Origin: Smithellaceae bacterium
GTDB lineage: Bacteria > Desulfobacterota > Syntrophia > Syntrophales > Smithellaceae
Length of the DNA stretch: 64,000 nucleotides
NCBI GenBank assembly: GCA_963667845.2
Contig: CAXXVL010000002.1
Coordinates: 1,536,001-1,600,000, forward strand
Reading direction: 5' to 3'
The notes beneath the pieces are model-generated. The model did not search any database. It was given only the letters and a program-made list of their open reading frames with translations, and had not been told where the DNA came from. Both the position numbers and the translations under genes were made by a program. Of the stretch, positions 19,719 to 31,118 are shown in pieces. How positions within the stretch are numbered: position 1 is the stretch's first letter; every line of letters starts with the position of its first letter.

Positions 19719-19734
19719 CGTTTCAAATGAACGA

Positions 19735-19935
19735 CTAGATGGCTCTGACGTTTTCCGCTTCCAGGCCTTTTTTGCCCTGAACGACGTCGAAAGAGACCTG
19801 TTGGCCCTCATTCAGTGTCTTGAAGCCGCTGGACTGAATCGCGCTGAAGTGCACGAAAATGTCCGTACCGCCCTCTTGCTCGATGAAGCCGAAGCCTTTG
19901 CGTTCGTTGAACCACTTTACTTTACCTTCTGACAT
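19735..19935 (-). CDS. cspA: Cold-shock protein
   Basis: GKVKWFN, KGFGFI and DIFVHFSAI motifs; AAAGGAGG RBS. Confidence 0.97.
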   Translation of the reverse strand: MSEGKVKWFNERKGFGFIEQEGGTDIFVHFSAIQSSGFKTLNEGQQVSFDVVQGKKGLEAENVRAI

Positions 19936-20102
19936 AGTACTAATCCTCCTTTCTCAAAATTTCCTAAGTCGAATTATCACTATGGCAGAAACAAAAAGGC
20001 CGCCAAATTCAAAGTACCAGGGCGGCCAACCTTGCGCTTTATCATGACACCATTCAACTTATTCCTTCGCTTTTTTCAATTATGACCCGCGAAGTTACGT
20101 GC

Positions 20103-20131
20103 ACCTTAAAGTAATTGTGCATAATAGTCAA
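20103..20131 (-). promoter_or_regulatory. Putative sigma70 promoter of cspA
   Basis: TTGACT-N17-TAAGGT on the minus strand. Confidence 0.55.
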
Positions 20132-20283
20132 GGGTTATTTTTTAATACTTTCTTTTTGCTTATTTTTTAGCCGGAAGTCCCGACCCTGTTACCCACCTTC
20201 GGCTGCAGCCTTAAGTGTGCCGGAAGGACATGATACAGCCGGCAGAGGGCGTCTCCCTTTCGATTTCCTGTTTTTTTCTTTTC

Positions 20284-21765
20284 TTATGCGGCTGCTTCGG
20301 TTTTGAACATGGACATAACCTCAGCGAGCTCCTGGGCGCCCGCGGCATTCTCCTGTGTGACCTGATTCATCTCGAGGACCGCACGGTTCACTTGGCCAAT
20401 ACCTTGGGATTGTTCCTCCGTGGCTTTGGCGATCTCACCCATCAAGCCAACGACCCGTTCAGAGCTTTCGGTGACCTGTCTGAAGGCATTGTAGGTAATG
20501 GTCACAAGCTTTTCGCCGTTTTTGACCTTGGCAACAATGTCCTCCATCATGGCGGAGGAGTTTCTGGCGGCCTCGGCCGCCCGCAGGGCGAGGTTGCGAA
20601 CCTCGTCGGCGACGACAGCGAAACCGGCGCCGGCTTCCCCGGCCCGAGCAGCCTCGACGGCGGCATTGAGTGCCAGGAGATTCGTCTGGAAGGAGATCTC
20701 GTCGATGGTCTTGACGATCTTCTGGGTCTGTTCGCTGGCGGTGGTGATCTCTTTCATGGAGCCGTTAAGCTCGGTGACGGAGGAATCGGCCTTCTTTATA
20801 ACATCCTGGGAGGTAGACATGAGCTGGTTGGTCTGGGCGGCATTGCCGGCGCTCTGCTTGATCATGGAGGCCATTTCTTCGAGCGAAGATGATGTCTCTT
20901 CGAGCGCGGAAGCCTGCTTGGAGGCGGCATCGGAGAGTTTCCGGGCTGTGTAGGCGGATTGCCCGACGGCTTCGCCCATCTTCAGGCGCATCGCGTTTAC
21001 GGCCTGGGCAAGTTCCCCGATCTCATCCCTGGTTTCCAGTCGGATCTCCTTGGTCAGGTCTCCTTCGGCTATCTCCCGAATGACGCCCACCGTCTGCCGG
21101 AGGGGACGGATGATCAATCTGCCCATGAAGAGGCTCACAAGGATAGAAAGTGCGATAGCCACAGCCAGGGCGATCAAAAAGGCTGTGGTGACAAGTTTGA
21201 ACGTGGTATCGGCGGATCCGTATTGCTGCCGGCTCAGTTGCTGTTCATAGGTCAACAGTTCTCCGAGTTTGCCGTTCAGCGCCTGGAAAGCGTTCTCGAT
21301 GGGGGTCATCATGGTGAGCGCCACGGCGGCGTCCGCCGTGGACATCCGGGTGACCTGGATGAGCATCGCCTCATAGGCGTCAAGCTCTTTCAGGACGCCT
21401 TCAAAGAGGGCCTTCTCTTTTGTGTCAAGTGGTTTGGCGATAGTGTTTTTGACCAGCGTTTTAGTATCGCCCATTGCCTTGAATATCTCTTTGCCGAGGG
21501 CCTCGATCTTGTTGGCATCCGCCCCCATGTTTGCGAAACCCAATAAGCGGTAAATGTCTTTATTTACCGATGTAATCTGAGTGATCAGTTGAGAGGCCTC
21601 CAGAGAAGTTTGAAAACGGGTGTTGACAATATCGTCCAAGGCCCCTTTCTGATTGGACATTCCCCAGTAGGACATGCCTGCGATTGTGATCATGAAGACC
21701 ATCACAATAACAGGTGAGATCATGATCTTAAGGTTCATCTTGAGGTTTTTGAGCGTGGATTGCAT
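20284..21765 (-). CDS. Methyl-accepting chemotaxis protein (2 TM, helical sensor, HAMP)
   Basis: Two hydrophobic helices; [42 protein letters not shown]. Confidence 0.95.
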   Translation of the reverse strand: MQSTLKNLKMNLKIMISPVIVMVFMITIAGMSYWGMSNQKGALDDIVNTRFQTSLEASQLITQITSVNKDIYRLLGFANMGADANKIEALGKEIFKAMGDTKTLVKNTIAKPLDTKEKALFEGVLKELDAYEAMLIQVTRMSTADAAVALTMMTPIENAFQALNGKLGELLTYEQQLSRQQYGSADTTFKLVTTAFLIALAVAIALSILVSLFMGRLIIRPLRQTVGVIREIAEGDLTKEIRLETRDEIGELAQAVNAMRLKMGEAVGQSAYTARKLSDAASKQASALEETSSSLEEMASMIKQSAGNAAQTNQLMSTSQDVIKKADSSVTELNGSMKEITTASEQTQKIVKTIDEISFQTNLLALNAAVEAARAGEAGAGFAVVADEVRNLALRAAEAARNSSAMMEDIVAKVKNGEKLVTITYNAFRQVTESSERVVGLMGEIAKATEEQSQGIGQVNRAVLEMNQVTQENAAGAQELAEVMSMFKTEAAA

Positions 21766-21849
21766 GGGATCTCCTTTCCCTTTAAGCAGGACACTTCAAG
21801 TGATGCGGCCGGTCCATGCATTTTACACGGGCCGGCCGCCGGCCTCTTA

Positions 21850-22302
21850 TTACTTGTAGGCACCACAGCAGATGACAATGTCTCCTGCCTTCTTCAAGTA
21901 GGTGATCTTGTGCTCTATCTTACCGCTTGCAGGGTTTTTGTATTTATAGTCGACTGTGCCGCCACCGCTCTTCTTTGCCATCTCGAGAATCTCTTTCCGG
22001 TAGAACTTGCCGTCCACATCAGGGGCGTTTAGGAGATTCATCCCCACGAGTTTTGCGTTGATGGGATGGGCGACCAGGGTCCCATTCATGTCGTAGGCAA
22101 AGATGTAAAGATCTCCCTTGACGAATTTACCCTTCGGGTTGTTGAATTCCTTCAGCGCCGTATCCTTGCCGTCGGCCTGTACATAGGCCGCCGCCTTATC
22201 TACCATCGCCCTGGCATCATCGCTACTCGATCCTGCAATGGCAAAGCCGGAAAAACACACCATAATCGCAACGACCATCATCAGTACAACAAATTTTTTC
22301 AT
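21850..22302 (-). CDS. Stand-alone periplasmic single Cache domain protein
   Basis: Signal peptide MKKFVVL..AIA; YIFAYD, HP, DVDGK, YKYKNP and KITY motifs; AAGGAGG RBS. Confidence 0.88.
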   Translation of the reverse strand: MKKFVVLMMVVAIMVCFSGFAIAGSSSDDARAMVDKAAAYVQADGKDTALKEFNNPKGKFVKGDLYIFAYDMNGTLVAHPINAKLVGMNLLNAPDVDGKFYRKEILEMAKKSGGGTVDYKYKNPASGKIEHKITYLKKAGDIVICCGAYK

Positions 22303-22452
22303 AATTTGCCTCCTTGAAAGTGAATTCACTAAACAAAATTGATGATTATTCTCTGTTTATTTAATGAGTTACAGAGAACTCGACCCTGTGCGTATATGAA
22401 ATTCTGGCTAAAAATGTGGATTGTGGCACCAACTTTAAACGATTAGATTCAC

Positions 22453-22470
22453 AATCAATAAATGTGCCAA
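22453..22470 (-). promoter_or_regulatory. Possible sigma54 promoter for the Cache-MCP pair
   Basis: TTGGCAC-ATTTA-TTGAT; the -12 element is imperfect (GA rather than GC). Confidence 0.35.
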
Positions 22471-23282
22471 AAAATGGATCTATCTTTATCTAATGATTAC
22501 GGATATATAAATTAATCGTCGTCAATAATGATGGAATTTCCGAACGGAAAAGAAGGATTTTTACGGAAAGATCGCACGAACTGCGGGTATTCAGAACAGG
22601 CTGCTATTAAATAAATGGATTCAATTATCGAACGAGTGATTTTAAGACAGTGCGACCTAAAAATGTTGTATGAGGGATCATCGTCCTGTTTGTGAGAACG
22701 CACCGAAAGCGCCCGAATGCCGTAAGTATGAGACTCGAGATATCGGAACTCTTTACCATAAACGAAATTGAATTGTTCAGCATCGGAACCGAGCGTCTCG
22801 GCTGAGAGCTTTGCGAAACAGGTCGTTCTTATCAAATCCGTTGTCGTATGAATGTTGAAATTTCCTGCTCAGGGTGCAGGGTGCCGGATGGGTTCTTCTT
22901 GCATCATACAAACTGGCCGGCTCATCCCTTGTCGGCATACGCCAGTCAGGAATTGCAGGGGGCACATGTTGCTATTTTAAAAGGTCATGACAACATCCGT
23001 TTTGGAAAAGGCTTCATTTATTGGCCCGACCATCAGCAAAAGGGCAGGCTAATTAAGAATTACGGCAGCCGTTCACGCATACAAGGTTGCATGATGGTCG
23101 GGCTTTCAATGACAAGGAAATGATTTGGGAACATAAAAGAATATTCCGCGTTAAGTTTTGCTTCAAAACGTGTTATGAACCGGTATATGAAAGTCGTGGC
23201 CGCCCTGCCTTGACGATGCCCTTCAGGGTATTATCTTGAAAGGGAATGTTGCCCGCGTATAAAATATTGAAGGAGTTAATGA

Positions 23283-24119
23283 ATGATGATGTCTGAAAAC
23301 CGCCCTGCTAAATTCAGCGGGGCAGCGCGTTACGTTCTGGATGAAGAGCTGGCCAAGATTGTGAATATTTCGATGGCGCTGGAAATGCCGCTCCTGCTCA
23401 AAGGCGAGCCGGGAACCGGAAAGACCATGCTGGCACACGCGATTGCCGAGAGTCTGCGCATGCCGCTGATTGTTTTGAATGTCAAATCCAGCATGAAGTT
23501 GATCGATGCCCTGTACCAGTACGACACGCTCACGCGTCTCAACGACAGCCGTTTTGCGGATTCCGGACGCGATGTGAGCAACATCGAAGATTATATCAAG
23601 ATGGGTAAAATCGGTCAGGCGTTCGCAGCCGATAAGAAGGTCGTGCTGCTGATTGATGAAATCGACAAGGCCGATACGGATTTTCAGGATGACATGCTCG
23701 ACATCCTCGATCAGATGCAGTTTGATATCATGGAAATCGACCGGACCGTGAAAGCCAAGAACCGGCCCGTCATCATTATCACGTCCAACGCAAAGAAAGA
23801 TCTTTCCGATCCTTTCCTGGGACGCTGCAATTTCCATCACATCGCTTTCCCCGATCACGATATGATGCGCAAGATCATCAGCGTGCATTTCCCGGATCTG
23901 AACAAGGATTTGACAACCGCCTGTATGGATACGTTTTACCGCCTGCGCGAAGTGCGCGGCGTGGAAAAAAAGCCGGCCACCCGGGAATTGATTAACTGGA
24001 TGCGCGCTCTGCAGGCTGATCCCGATTTCAATGTCAAAAGTCTGAAGTCAAGTAATGTGCCGTTTTTAGGCGTGCTGTTTAAAAAGAGCACTGACCTTTA
24101 CCTGGCAGCACACCAATAA
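23283..24119 (+). CDS. MoxR family AAA+ ATPase
   Basis: GEPGTGKT, LLIDEIDKAD, ITSN and KKPATRELINW motifs. Confidence 0.92.
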   Translation: MMMSENRPAKFSGAARYVLDEELAKIVNISMALEMPLLLKGEPGTGKTMLAHAIAESLRMPLIVLNVKSSMKLIDALYQYDTLTRLNDSRFADSGRDVSNIEDYIKMGKIGQAFAADKKVVLLIDEIDKADTDFQDDMLDILDQMQFDIMEIDRTVKAKNRPVIIITSNAKKDLSDPFLGRCNFHHIAFPDHDMMRKIISVHFPDLNKDLTTACMDTFYRLREVRGVEKKPATRELINWMRALQADPDFNVKSLKSSNVPFLGVLFKKSTDLYLAAHQ

Positions 24120-24129
24120 GTGAAGAAAA

Positions 24130-25323
24130 ATGTTTGTTAATTTTTTCTATACACTGCGCGATAAGGGCATCCCCGTGACGCCCACGTCATTTCTGCGCCT
24201 GCAAAAAGCGCTGGGCATGGGCTTGATTACATCACTTGAGGATTTTTACAGCGTGACACGCAGCTTGCTCGTGAAAAGCGAACGCTATTTTGACACTTAC
24301 GACCAGGTATTTGCCGTGGCGTTTCGCGGCATGACCAGTGTCGAGCCGACGGACGAAGAACTGTCGGATCTCGTAAAGGCGATGCTTTCCGACTGGCTCC
24401 AGGACCCCGGCGGTATGGCCGAGGCGCTGGGGCTGTCCGAAGACGAGATCAAGCAGATGACGCCGGATGAACTCGTTGCCCACTTCTTAAAGCGCCTCAA
24501 AGAGCAGACGGAAGAGCATCACGGTGGAAATCATTGGATCGGCACGCACGGGACATCCCCCACGGGACATTCCGGCGTCCATCCCGGCGGCATGCGGGTG
24601 GGCGGTGAGTCACGCAACAAATCCGCTATCAAGGTCGCGATGGAGCGACGGTATCGTGATTACTCTCAGTCCGGACCGATCACCGCCTCGCAAATGGGCG
24701 AAGCGCTCAAGAGGCTTAAACACCTTCAGCCTGCAGGGCCGAAAGATATCGTGAATATCGATAAAACGATCTACCAAACTATGCGTAATGCCGGTGAAAT
24801 AGAAATCGTCTTTGACAGGCGACTGGCTGACCGCCTGAAAGTCAAGCTGCTCATTGATAACGGTGGCTGGTCGATGGATCCCTATGTCGATATCGTCCAG
24901 GCGCTCTTTCACTATGCACAGTTTCAGTTCAAAGAACTGGAGATTTATTATTTCCACAATACGATTTACTCGAAGGTTTGGCTTGATCCGAACCGATTCA
25001 AAAAGCCCGTACCGGTTGACGACCTGCTCCGGTCGGATCCGGAAACGCGGCTGATTCTCGTTGGCGATGCGTCTATGGCGCCCTACGAACTGGCCGATTC
25101 GCGCGGAGCGATTTATGTCGGCCAAAACGAGTCCCGGCCATCGGTGGATTATCTGTCATTCTTATCCAAAACGTTCCGGCATACTGTCTGGCTCAATCCG
25201 CAACCGCAGGATCACTGGTTTTATACTTGGACGGTGAAAACCATTGCTGGTATTTTTCCGATGTTTGAATTGTCGCTCGACGGGTTGGAAAAAGCGGTGC
25301 ATCATTTGATATCCCGAAATTGA
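24130..25323 (+). CDS. vWA/CoxE-like partner of MoxR
   Basis: HHGGNHWIGT, DNGGWSM, YYFHN, VGDASMAPYE and VWLNP motifs. Confidence 0.85.
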   Translation: MFVNFFYTLRDKGIPVTPTSFLRLQKALGMGLITSLEDFYSVTRSLLVKSERYFDTYDQVFAVAFRGMTSVEPTDEELSDLVKAMLSDWLQDPGGMAEALGLSEDEIKQMTPDELVAHFLKRLKEQTEEHHGGNHWIGTHGTSPTGHSGVHPGGMRVGGESRNKSAIKVAMERRYRDYSQSGPITASQMGEALKRLKHLQPAGPKDIVNIDKTIYQTMRNAGEIEIVFDRRLADRLKVKLLIDNGGWSMDPYVDIVQALFHYAQFQFKELEIYYFHNTIYSKVWLDPNRFKKPVPVDDLLRSDPETRLILVGDASMAPYELADSRGAIYVGQNESRPSVDYLSFLSKTFRHTVWLNPQPQDHWFYTWTVKTIAGIFPMFELSLDGLEKAVHHLISRN

Positions 25324-25339
25324 TGAGGAGGATAAAATC

Positions 25340-25912
25340 ATGAAAAAGAGCTTAGCTTCTATCATTATCGCGGCGCTTGTTTTGGCATCAACGGCTTCCA
25401 TAGCCGCATTCAAGGAACCGCCGCCGGCGGGGGGGACTCTGCCCGCGGTGCAGTTACCTAAACCGGCTGATTCCGGAGAACTCAAATACCTGGGACTCAC
25501 CGGGTCCGGCACTTTTTCGGCGGACCAGGTCAAAGCGCAAGCGTTGATCATTCAGATTTTCAGCATGTATTGTCCTTATTGTCAAAAAGACGCGCCCAAT
25601 GTCAACCGGCTCTATGGGATTATGGAGGCGAACCCGGCGCTGAAAGGCAAAATAAAGATTATTGGCATTGGCGCGGGGAATACGTCCTTTGAAGTTGCAA
25701 CCTTCAAGAAAAAATACAAGGTGGAATTTCCGCTGATCCCCGACGGGGATTTTAAGATTTATAAGGTAATCGGTGAGGTCCGCACGCCGTATTTCATCGT
25801 GGTGAAGTTAAACGGTCCCAGACCGCTGGAAGTTGTTTATTCCAGACTGGGCGGGCATGAAGATGTCGATGCGTTCCTGGCCGAGATCGTTAAAGTGGCC
25901 GATATTAAATAG
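25340..25912 (+). CDS. Exported TlpA/thioredoxin-like protein
   Basis: Signal peptide; CPYC; cis-Pro motif RTPYF. Confidence 0.85.
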   Translation: MKKSLASIIIAALVLASTASIAAFKEPPPAGGTLPAVQLPKPADSGELKYLGLTGSGTFSADQVKAQALIIQIFSMYCPYCQKDAPNVNRLYGIMEANPALKGKIKIIGIGAGNTSFEVATFKKKYKVEFPLIPDGDFKIYKVIGEVRTPYFIVVKLNGPRPLEVVYSRLGGHEDVDAFLAEIVKVADIK

Positions 25913-25921
25913 GGGGCGGTT

Positions 25922-26509
25922 ATGAGAAAAAAAATCTTTATCGTCTTATGTGTCATCAGCTTCTTTGCATCAAATGCTTTTGCCCTGTCCGAGGCGTATA
26001 AGGAAAATATCTATCCGGTGGGCAAACTTAAATCTGTGGATAGTGTTCTAAAGGTCAAAGTCGGCCAAAAGGCGCCTGATTTTTCTCTGAAAGCCGTGAG
26101 CGGCAAGAGGGTTTCCCTGAAAGATTACATCGGCAAAAAGAATATTGTGCTTTCTTTTGTCCCTGCCGCCTGGACGCCGGTTTGCTCCGATCAGTGGCCG
26201 GGTTATAATATTGTTCAGGACCTGTTCGAAGAGAATAACGCCGTATTGTTGGGAATTTCCGTCGATAATATTCCCACACTGTATTCCTGGACCAAACAAA
26301 TGGGGCATCTCTGGTTCGAAGTTCTTTCCGATTTCTGGCCGCATGGAGCAGTTGCATCCCGATATGGCATTTTGCGATCCGATGGCACGGCGGAGCGCGC
26401 CATTATCATTATTGATAAAAAAGGGATTATTCGCTACATCGATGTACATGATATCAATGAAAGGCCGCCTTTGGAAAGTATCATCAGCCAGATTGTAAAG
26501 ATAAGATAA
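25922..26509 (+). CDS. Exported peroxiredoxin (AhpE-like)
   Basis: Signal peptide; PAAWTPVC (PxxxTxxC), LSDFWPHG, ERA. Confidence 0.88.
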   Translation: MRKKIFIVLCVISFFASNAFALSEAYKENIYPVGKLKSVDSVLKVKVGQKAPDFSLKAVSGKRVSLKDYIGKKNIVLSFVPAAWTPVCSDQWPGYNIVQDLFEENNAVLLGISVDNIPTLYSWTKQMGHLWFEVLSDFWPHGAVASRYGILRSDGTAERAIIIIDKKGIIRYIDVHDINERPPLESIISQIVKIR

Positions 26510-26664
26510 TCAATATCAGGAAAGCGGCCTGATCATACATTATGAGCCCCCGAAATTGATTTTTTTTAAGTCTATTTTCAAGGGTTATTCCTACTTGGCC
26601 GGTGTTTGAAGAAATTTTGGCTGTAATTTTCCTTGACAGCAGAAATCAATTGCGATACGCACTC

Positions 26665-26679
26665 ATGACCGTAAGTCAT
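26665..26679. promoter_or_regulatory. Palindromic operator in the TetR promoter
   Basis: ATGAC-CGTAA-GTCAT downstream of TTGACA (26633-26638). Confidence 0.55.
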
Positions 26680-26772
26680 AAGCTAGCGCTGGCGATTGTT
26701 TTCCTGTATTTACCTTAATTTGCCAAAGCCAGCCTGAATGCGTCTTCATCTTATTTGAGAGGAGTATCGGTC

Positions 26773-27411
26773 TTGAGCTCGGAAGAAAGAAGAAAAAAGG
26801 AAAAGGAAAATCGCAAAAATGCGATTCTGAGAGCGGCGCGCAAGCTTTTCTTTGAGCGCGGTTTTAAATCCGTTACTGTTGATTTGATCGCCGCCAAGGC
26901 GGAGGTCAGCAAGGGGTCAATCTATCTCTATTTCGACAGCAAAGAAGAAATCTATACTCAGATTTTGATTTCGGCAAGTATAGAGCGGCGCAAGGAAATT
27001 GAAAATTTTCTCAAGAAGGAAGGAACTGCTTCCGAACTCCTTGTGATGTTTGCCAATGACTATGTCGATTTCTTTCTGGATAATAATGAGTTATTCAGAA
27101 TTCTCATGACCTTCATGCTGCATTCGGAAAATATGAATTTGACTGAAGATCAAAATACGCAGTTGATTCATACAACGAATGAAAATATCCGCACGATTTC
27201 TGAAATCCTCCGCAAGGGCGTGGAGTCGGGCGAATTTGTTCCGGACATTGATATCCGCCAGATCCAAAATGCACTCTGGGGATTATTCAATGGAATCATT
27301 TCTCTCTACATCTATACAGGTGCACCGGAAAAGCGTACGGAGAGGATCCATACGACCGTCAAAGAGAGTCTCAAAGTTTTTATTAAAGGGATTAAAGCGC
27401 AAGCATTTTAG
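26773..27411 (+). CDS. TetR/AcrR family transcriptional regulator
   Basis: ILRAARKLF...IAAKAEVSKGSIYLYFDSKEEI HTH; GAGGAG RBS before TTG. Confidence 0.93.
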   Translation: MSSEERRKKEKENRKNAILRAARKLFFERGFKSVTVDLIAAKAEVSKGSIYLYFDSKEEIYTQILISASIERRKEIENFLKKEGTASELLVMFANDYVDFFLDNNELFRILMTFMLHSENMNLTEDQNTQLIHTTNENIRTISEILRKGVESGEFVPDIDIRQIQNALWGLFNGIISLYIYTGAPEKRTERIHTTVKESLKVFIKGIKAQAF

Positions 27412-27486
27412 ACAATAAAATCGAATTTATTACAATATTTATCAGAACCATAAATTTATGGAGATCTGCCGATTAAGTATCGCCGA

Positions 27487-27831
27487 TCAGTCTTTACCGT
27501 CGGGGCCGATTAATTTCTGAAAGTCCCGATCCGCCTCATGCAGCAGTTTTTCCACATCTCTTTCCAGTTGTTCAAACCGGTCAATAATGGAGCGGGCCTG
27601 AAACGTCAGCTGCATGGATTTATCATGCGTGCCAATTTCCACCAGCTTCATTCCCATCCGTTCTTCAGAAGCTTTCAATCTTCCCCACGCCGCGCGGTAG
27701 GACATTTCCAGCTTTTTGGCTGCGGCATTTAAACTGCGCTGTTCATCGATGGCCTTCAGAATGTTGTCACGTCCTTTGCCGAAAACCACTTTACCGTTTT
27801 TCTCGATCCAAATTTTATATTTGATTTCCAT
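27487..27831 (-). CDS. ModE-like winged-HTH regulator lacking molybdate-binding domains
   Basis: KIWIE..FGKGR..ILKAI...SLNAAAKKLEMSYRAAW; only 114 aa. Confidence 0.88.
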   Translation of the reverse strand: MEIKYKIWIEKNGKVVFGKGRDNILKAIDEQRSLNAAAKKLEMSYRAAWGRLKASEERMGMKLVEIGTHDKSMQLTFQARSIIDRFEQLERDVEKLLHEADRDFQKLIGPDGKD

Positions 27832-27937
27832 CAGGAGACCCCCCCCTTATGCTTCGAGTGAATTTGCTTATAGGGAAGATCATTACAAAATGTCAATAAA
27901 ATTCGTTATTCATCTTTCTCGATGAATCGCTATGTAG

Positions 27938-28018
27938 TGTGTTTAATTAAACATATTGACATTTTTATGACTTTCGGTCAATGATATGCCACGTCTGACA
28001 TAGACCAAAATTGACATA
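27938..28018. promoter_or_regulatory. ModE-like operator sites and promoter of FDH operon 1
   Basis: TGTGTTTAATTAAACATA (27938), TTGACA (27956), TATGCCACGTCTGACATA (27985), TAGACCAAAATTGACATA (28001). Confidence 0.65.
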
Positions 28019-28036
28019 ATTACCGGGAGGCTTTTT

Positions 28037-31000
28037 ATGCAAATTACAAGAAGAGGTTTTCTTACCATGACCGGTGCCGTCGGAGGCGGGGTTGCCCTGT
28101 CGAGTCTGGGGCTTAACCTGACGCCGACCCGGGCATACGCGGACGAGCTTAGCAAGATGGACCGGATTAAAATTGCTAAGCAGGTAACGACGATCTGTTG
28201 TTATTGTTCCGTTGGTTGCGGTCTGGTCTGTAGCGTGGATAAGGCTACAGGAAAAATTTTCAACATCGAAGGCGATGCCGATCACCCCATCAATGAAGGG
28301 TCACTTTGCGCCAAGGGCGCGGGTTTCTTCGATCTGACCGAGGCTAATAAACATCGTCTCACCAAGGTGCTTTATCGCAAGCCTTACGGGACCGAGTGGG
28401 AAGAAAAAGACTGGGACTTTGCGCTTTCCCGGATTGCCCGACTGGTCAAGGACACTCGTGACAAGGGTTTTGTCAAAAGAAATGACAAGGGTGAACTGGT
28501 TAACCGTTGCGAGACGATCGGTCACTATGGCAGTTCCAATGTGGACAACGAAGAGTGCTGGCTCATGAGCGTTAAGTCCAGAGCGCTGGGGCTGGTTTAT
28601 ATAGACCATCAGGCCCGGGTCTGACACAGTCCATCTGTAGCGGCTCTGGGAGAGTCGTTCGGACGCGGTTCCATGACGAACCACTATTGTGATTTAAAGA
28701 ATGCCGATGTCATTCTCATTATGGGCAGCAATGCTGCCGAGCATCACCCCATCGCCTTTAAATGGATACTGAGAGCCAAAGAAAAAGGCGCAACGATTAT
28801 TCACGTTGACCCCCGTTACACCAGAACATCCGCCCGCTGCGATTTTCATGTTCCGCTGCGTTCCGGAACGGACATCGCTTTCCTGGGAGGGATGATTTCT
28901 TACATCATCGAGAACAAGAAATATTTCAAAGACTATGTTCTCAACTACACTAACGCCTCCTTTATTGTAGGAGATGACTATTATTTTAAAGATGGTCTCT
29001 TCTCCGGCTATGATGCCAAGAAAAGGAAATACGATAAGGCAACCTGGGTGCTGGAAAAAGACGGCAAGGGAATTCCCAAACGGGATATGTCTCTGCAAAG
29101 TTCCCGTACCGTTTTTCAAATGATGAGAAAACATTATTCCCGCTATACGCTGGATAAGGTTTCCAGCATTACCGGTGTGTCGAAAGAAAACCTCCTCAAG
29201 GTTTGTGAAGCATACAGTGCCACCGGCGTTCCGGATAAGGCGGGAACGGAATGTTACGCCCTGGGCTGGACGCATCATACAACCGGCAGCCAGAATATCC
29301 GCACCATGTCAATTATTCAGTTGCTGCTGGGCAACATGGGGATCGCGGGCGGCGGCATTAACGCGTTGCGCGGCGAACCCAACGTTCAGGGTTCGACGGA
29401 CCATTGCATTTTATACGGAAATCTGCCCGGCTATCTGAAGATGCTTTCGGCTTCTTATGACACGCTGGAGCATTATCTGAAAAAATATACACCGGAATCT
29501 AAGGATCCCCAGTCGGCAAACTACTATCAGAATTATCCGAAGTTTTTTGTCAGCTTCCTGAAATCCCTCTGGGAGGACAAGGCTACAAAAGAGAATGAAT
29601 TCGGCTATTCCTGGCTGCCCAAGATGGAAGACGGGAAACACTATTCCACAATGCATATGTTCGATGCGATGTATGCGGGCAAGGTGAAGGGATTCTTCGC
29701 CATTGGTGCGGATCCGGCCGTCAGTACTCCGAATTCCAACAAAGTCCGCAAAGCGCTCCAAAATCTGGACTGGCTGGTGGGCGAAAATATTTTCAACAAT
29801 GAAACCTACGAATTCTGGAGAGGCCCCGGCGTTGATCCCACAAAAAACAAGACGGAATGTTTCCTCCTGCCTGCCGCCGCGACCATGGAGAAGGAAGGCT
29901 CGCAGAGCAACTCCGGCCGCTGGGTGCAGTGGAAATACAAGGCTGCCGAGGCGCCCGGTGACGCCCTCCCAGTGGGTGAAATTGAAATCAAGATCGTGGC
30001 GGCAGTTAAGAAACTGTACGAAAAAGAAGGCGGCCCCAATGCCGAAGCTATTGTCAATCTCAAGTGGGATTATCTGGACAGCAAAGGGCACTTTGACGTG
30101 ATAAAAGTGGCCAAACGGATTAACGGCGTCTTCCTGGAAGACACGGTGATCGAAGACAAGGCCAAGAAAACGAAGACCGAATTCAAGAAAGGCCAGCTGG
30201 TGCCGGGTTTTGGCAATCTGCAGGCCGACGGCAAGACGGCGTGCGGCAACTGGTGTATCTCCGGAAGCTACACTGCGGATGGTCTAAACAAGATGGCGTC
30301 AAGAGGCAAGGAAGATCCAACAGGTCTTGGTCTCTTCCCCAACTGGGCTTATGCCTGGCCAGTTAACCGCCGCATCCTCTATAATCGCGCTTCCTGCGAT
30401 GTAAACGGCAAGCCTTATAATCCCAAGCGCAAACTCCTGGAGTGGGCGGGAGATAAATGGGTGGGCGACGTACCGGACGGACCCTGGCCGCCGCAAGCAG
30501 ACAAAGAGAAAGGAAAATATCCTTTCATTATGAAGACCGACGGCGTCGGCGCTTTGTTTGGTCCCGGCATGGTCGAAGGTCCTTTCCCCGAGCATTACGA
30601 ACCGCTGGAAGGACCGCTTAGCAAGAATCCTCTGTCGGGACAGCTGATGAATCCGGCTACTGAAATCTTCAAAAGCGATATGGATAAAGTGGCCAATGCC
30701 AGTGAAAAATTCCCGTATGTTTGCACAACCTATTCGTGCACGGAACACTGGTGTACCGGTGCTTTGACCCGTTGGCAGGCGTGGCTCCTGGAAATGCAAC
30801 CGGAACTCTACGTGGAAATCGGCGACAAGCTGGCCAGGGAAAAAGGCATTAAGAACGGCGAGCGCATCAAGGTTTCCTCCATACGCGGCGAGGCTCCCTG
30901 CATCGCTATGGTGACAAAGCGATTCAAACCGTTTACGGTGGAAGGAAAAACGGTTCATCAAGTCGGCATGCCCTTCAATTACGGCTGGCTCTTCCCCAAG

Positions 31001-31105
31001 GACAGCGGCAGTGACAGCACGAATATGTTAACCCCAACCGTTGGCGACGCGAACACCTTCTGCCCCGAGTACAAGGCGTTCATGGTCAACGTAGAAAAGT
31101 TGTAG
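28037..31105 (+). CDS. fdnG: Tat-exported formate dehydrogenase alpha subunit, selenocysteine (TGA 28622-28624), ~1022 aa
   Basis: TRRGFL; CxxCxxxC; HQARV-U-HSPSVAAL joins ORFs 28037 and 28673 in frame; RGEPNVQG. Confidence 0.96.
28629..28664 (+). promoter_or_regulatory. SECIS hairpin
   Basis: CGGCTCT-GGG-AGAGTCG with outer GTCC/GGAC pairing after the Sec TGA. Confidence 0.7.
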
Positions 31106-31118
31106 GAGGGAGGCGACC

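Noticed and set aside
22512..23123. ORFs 22512..22835, 22777..22965 and 22848..23123
   Set aside because: No RBS or motifs, and mutually overlapping.
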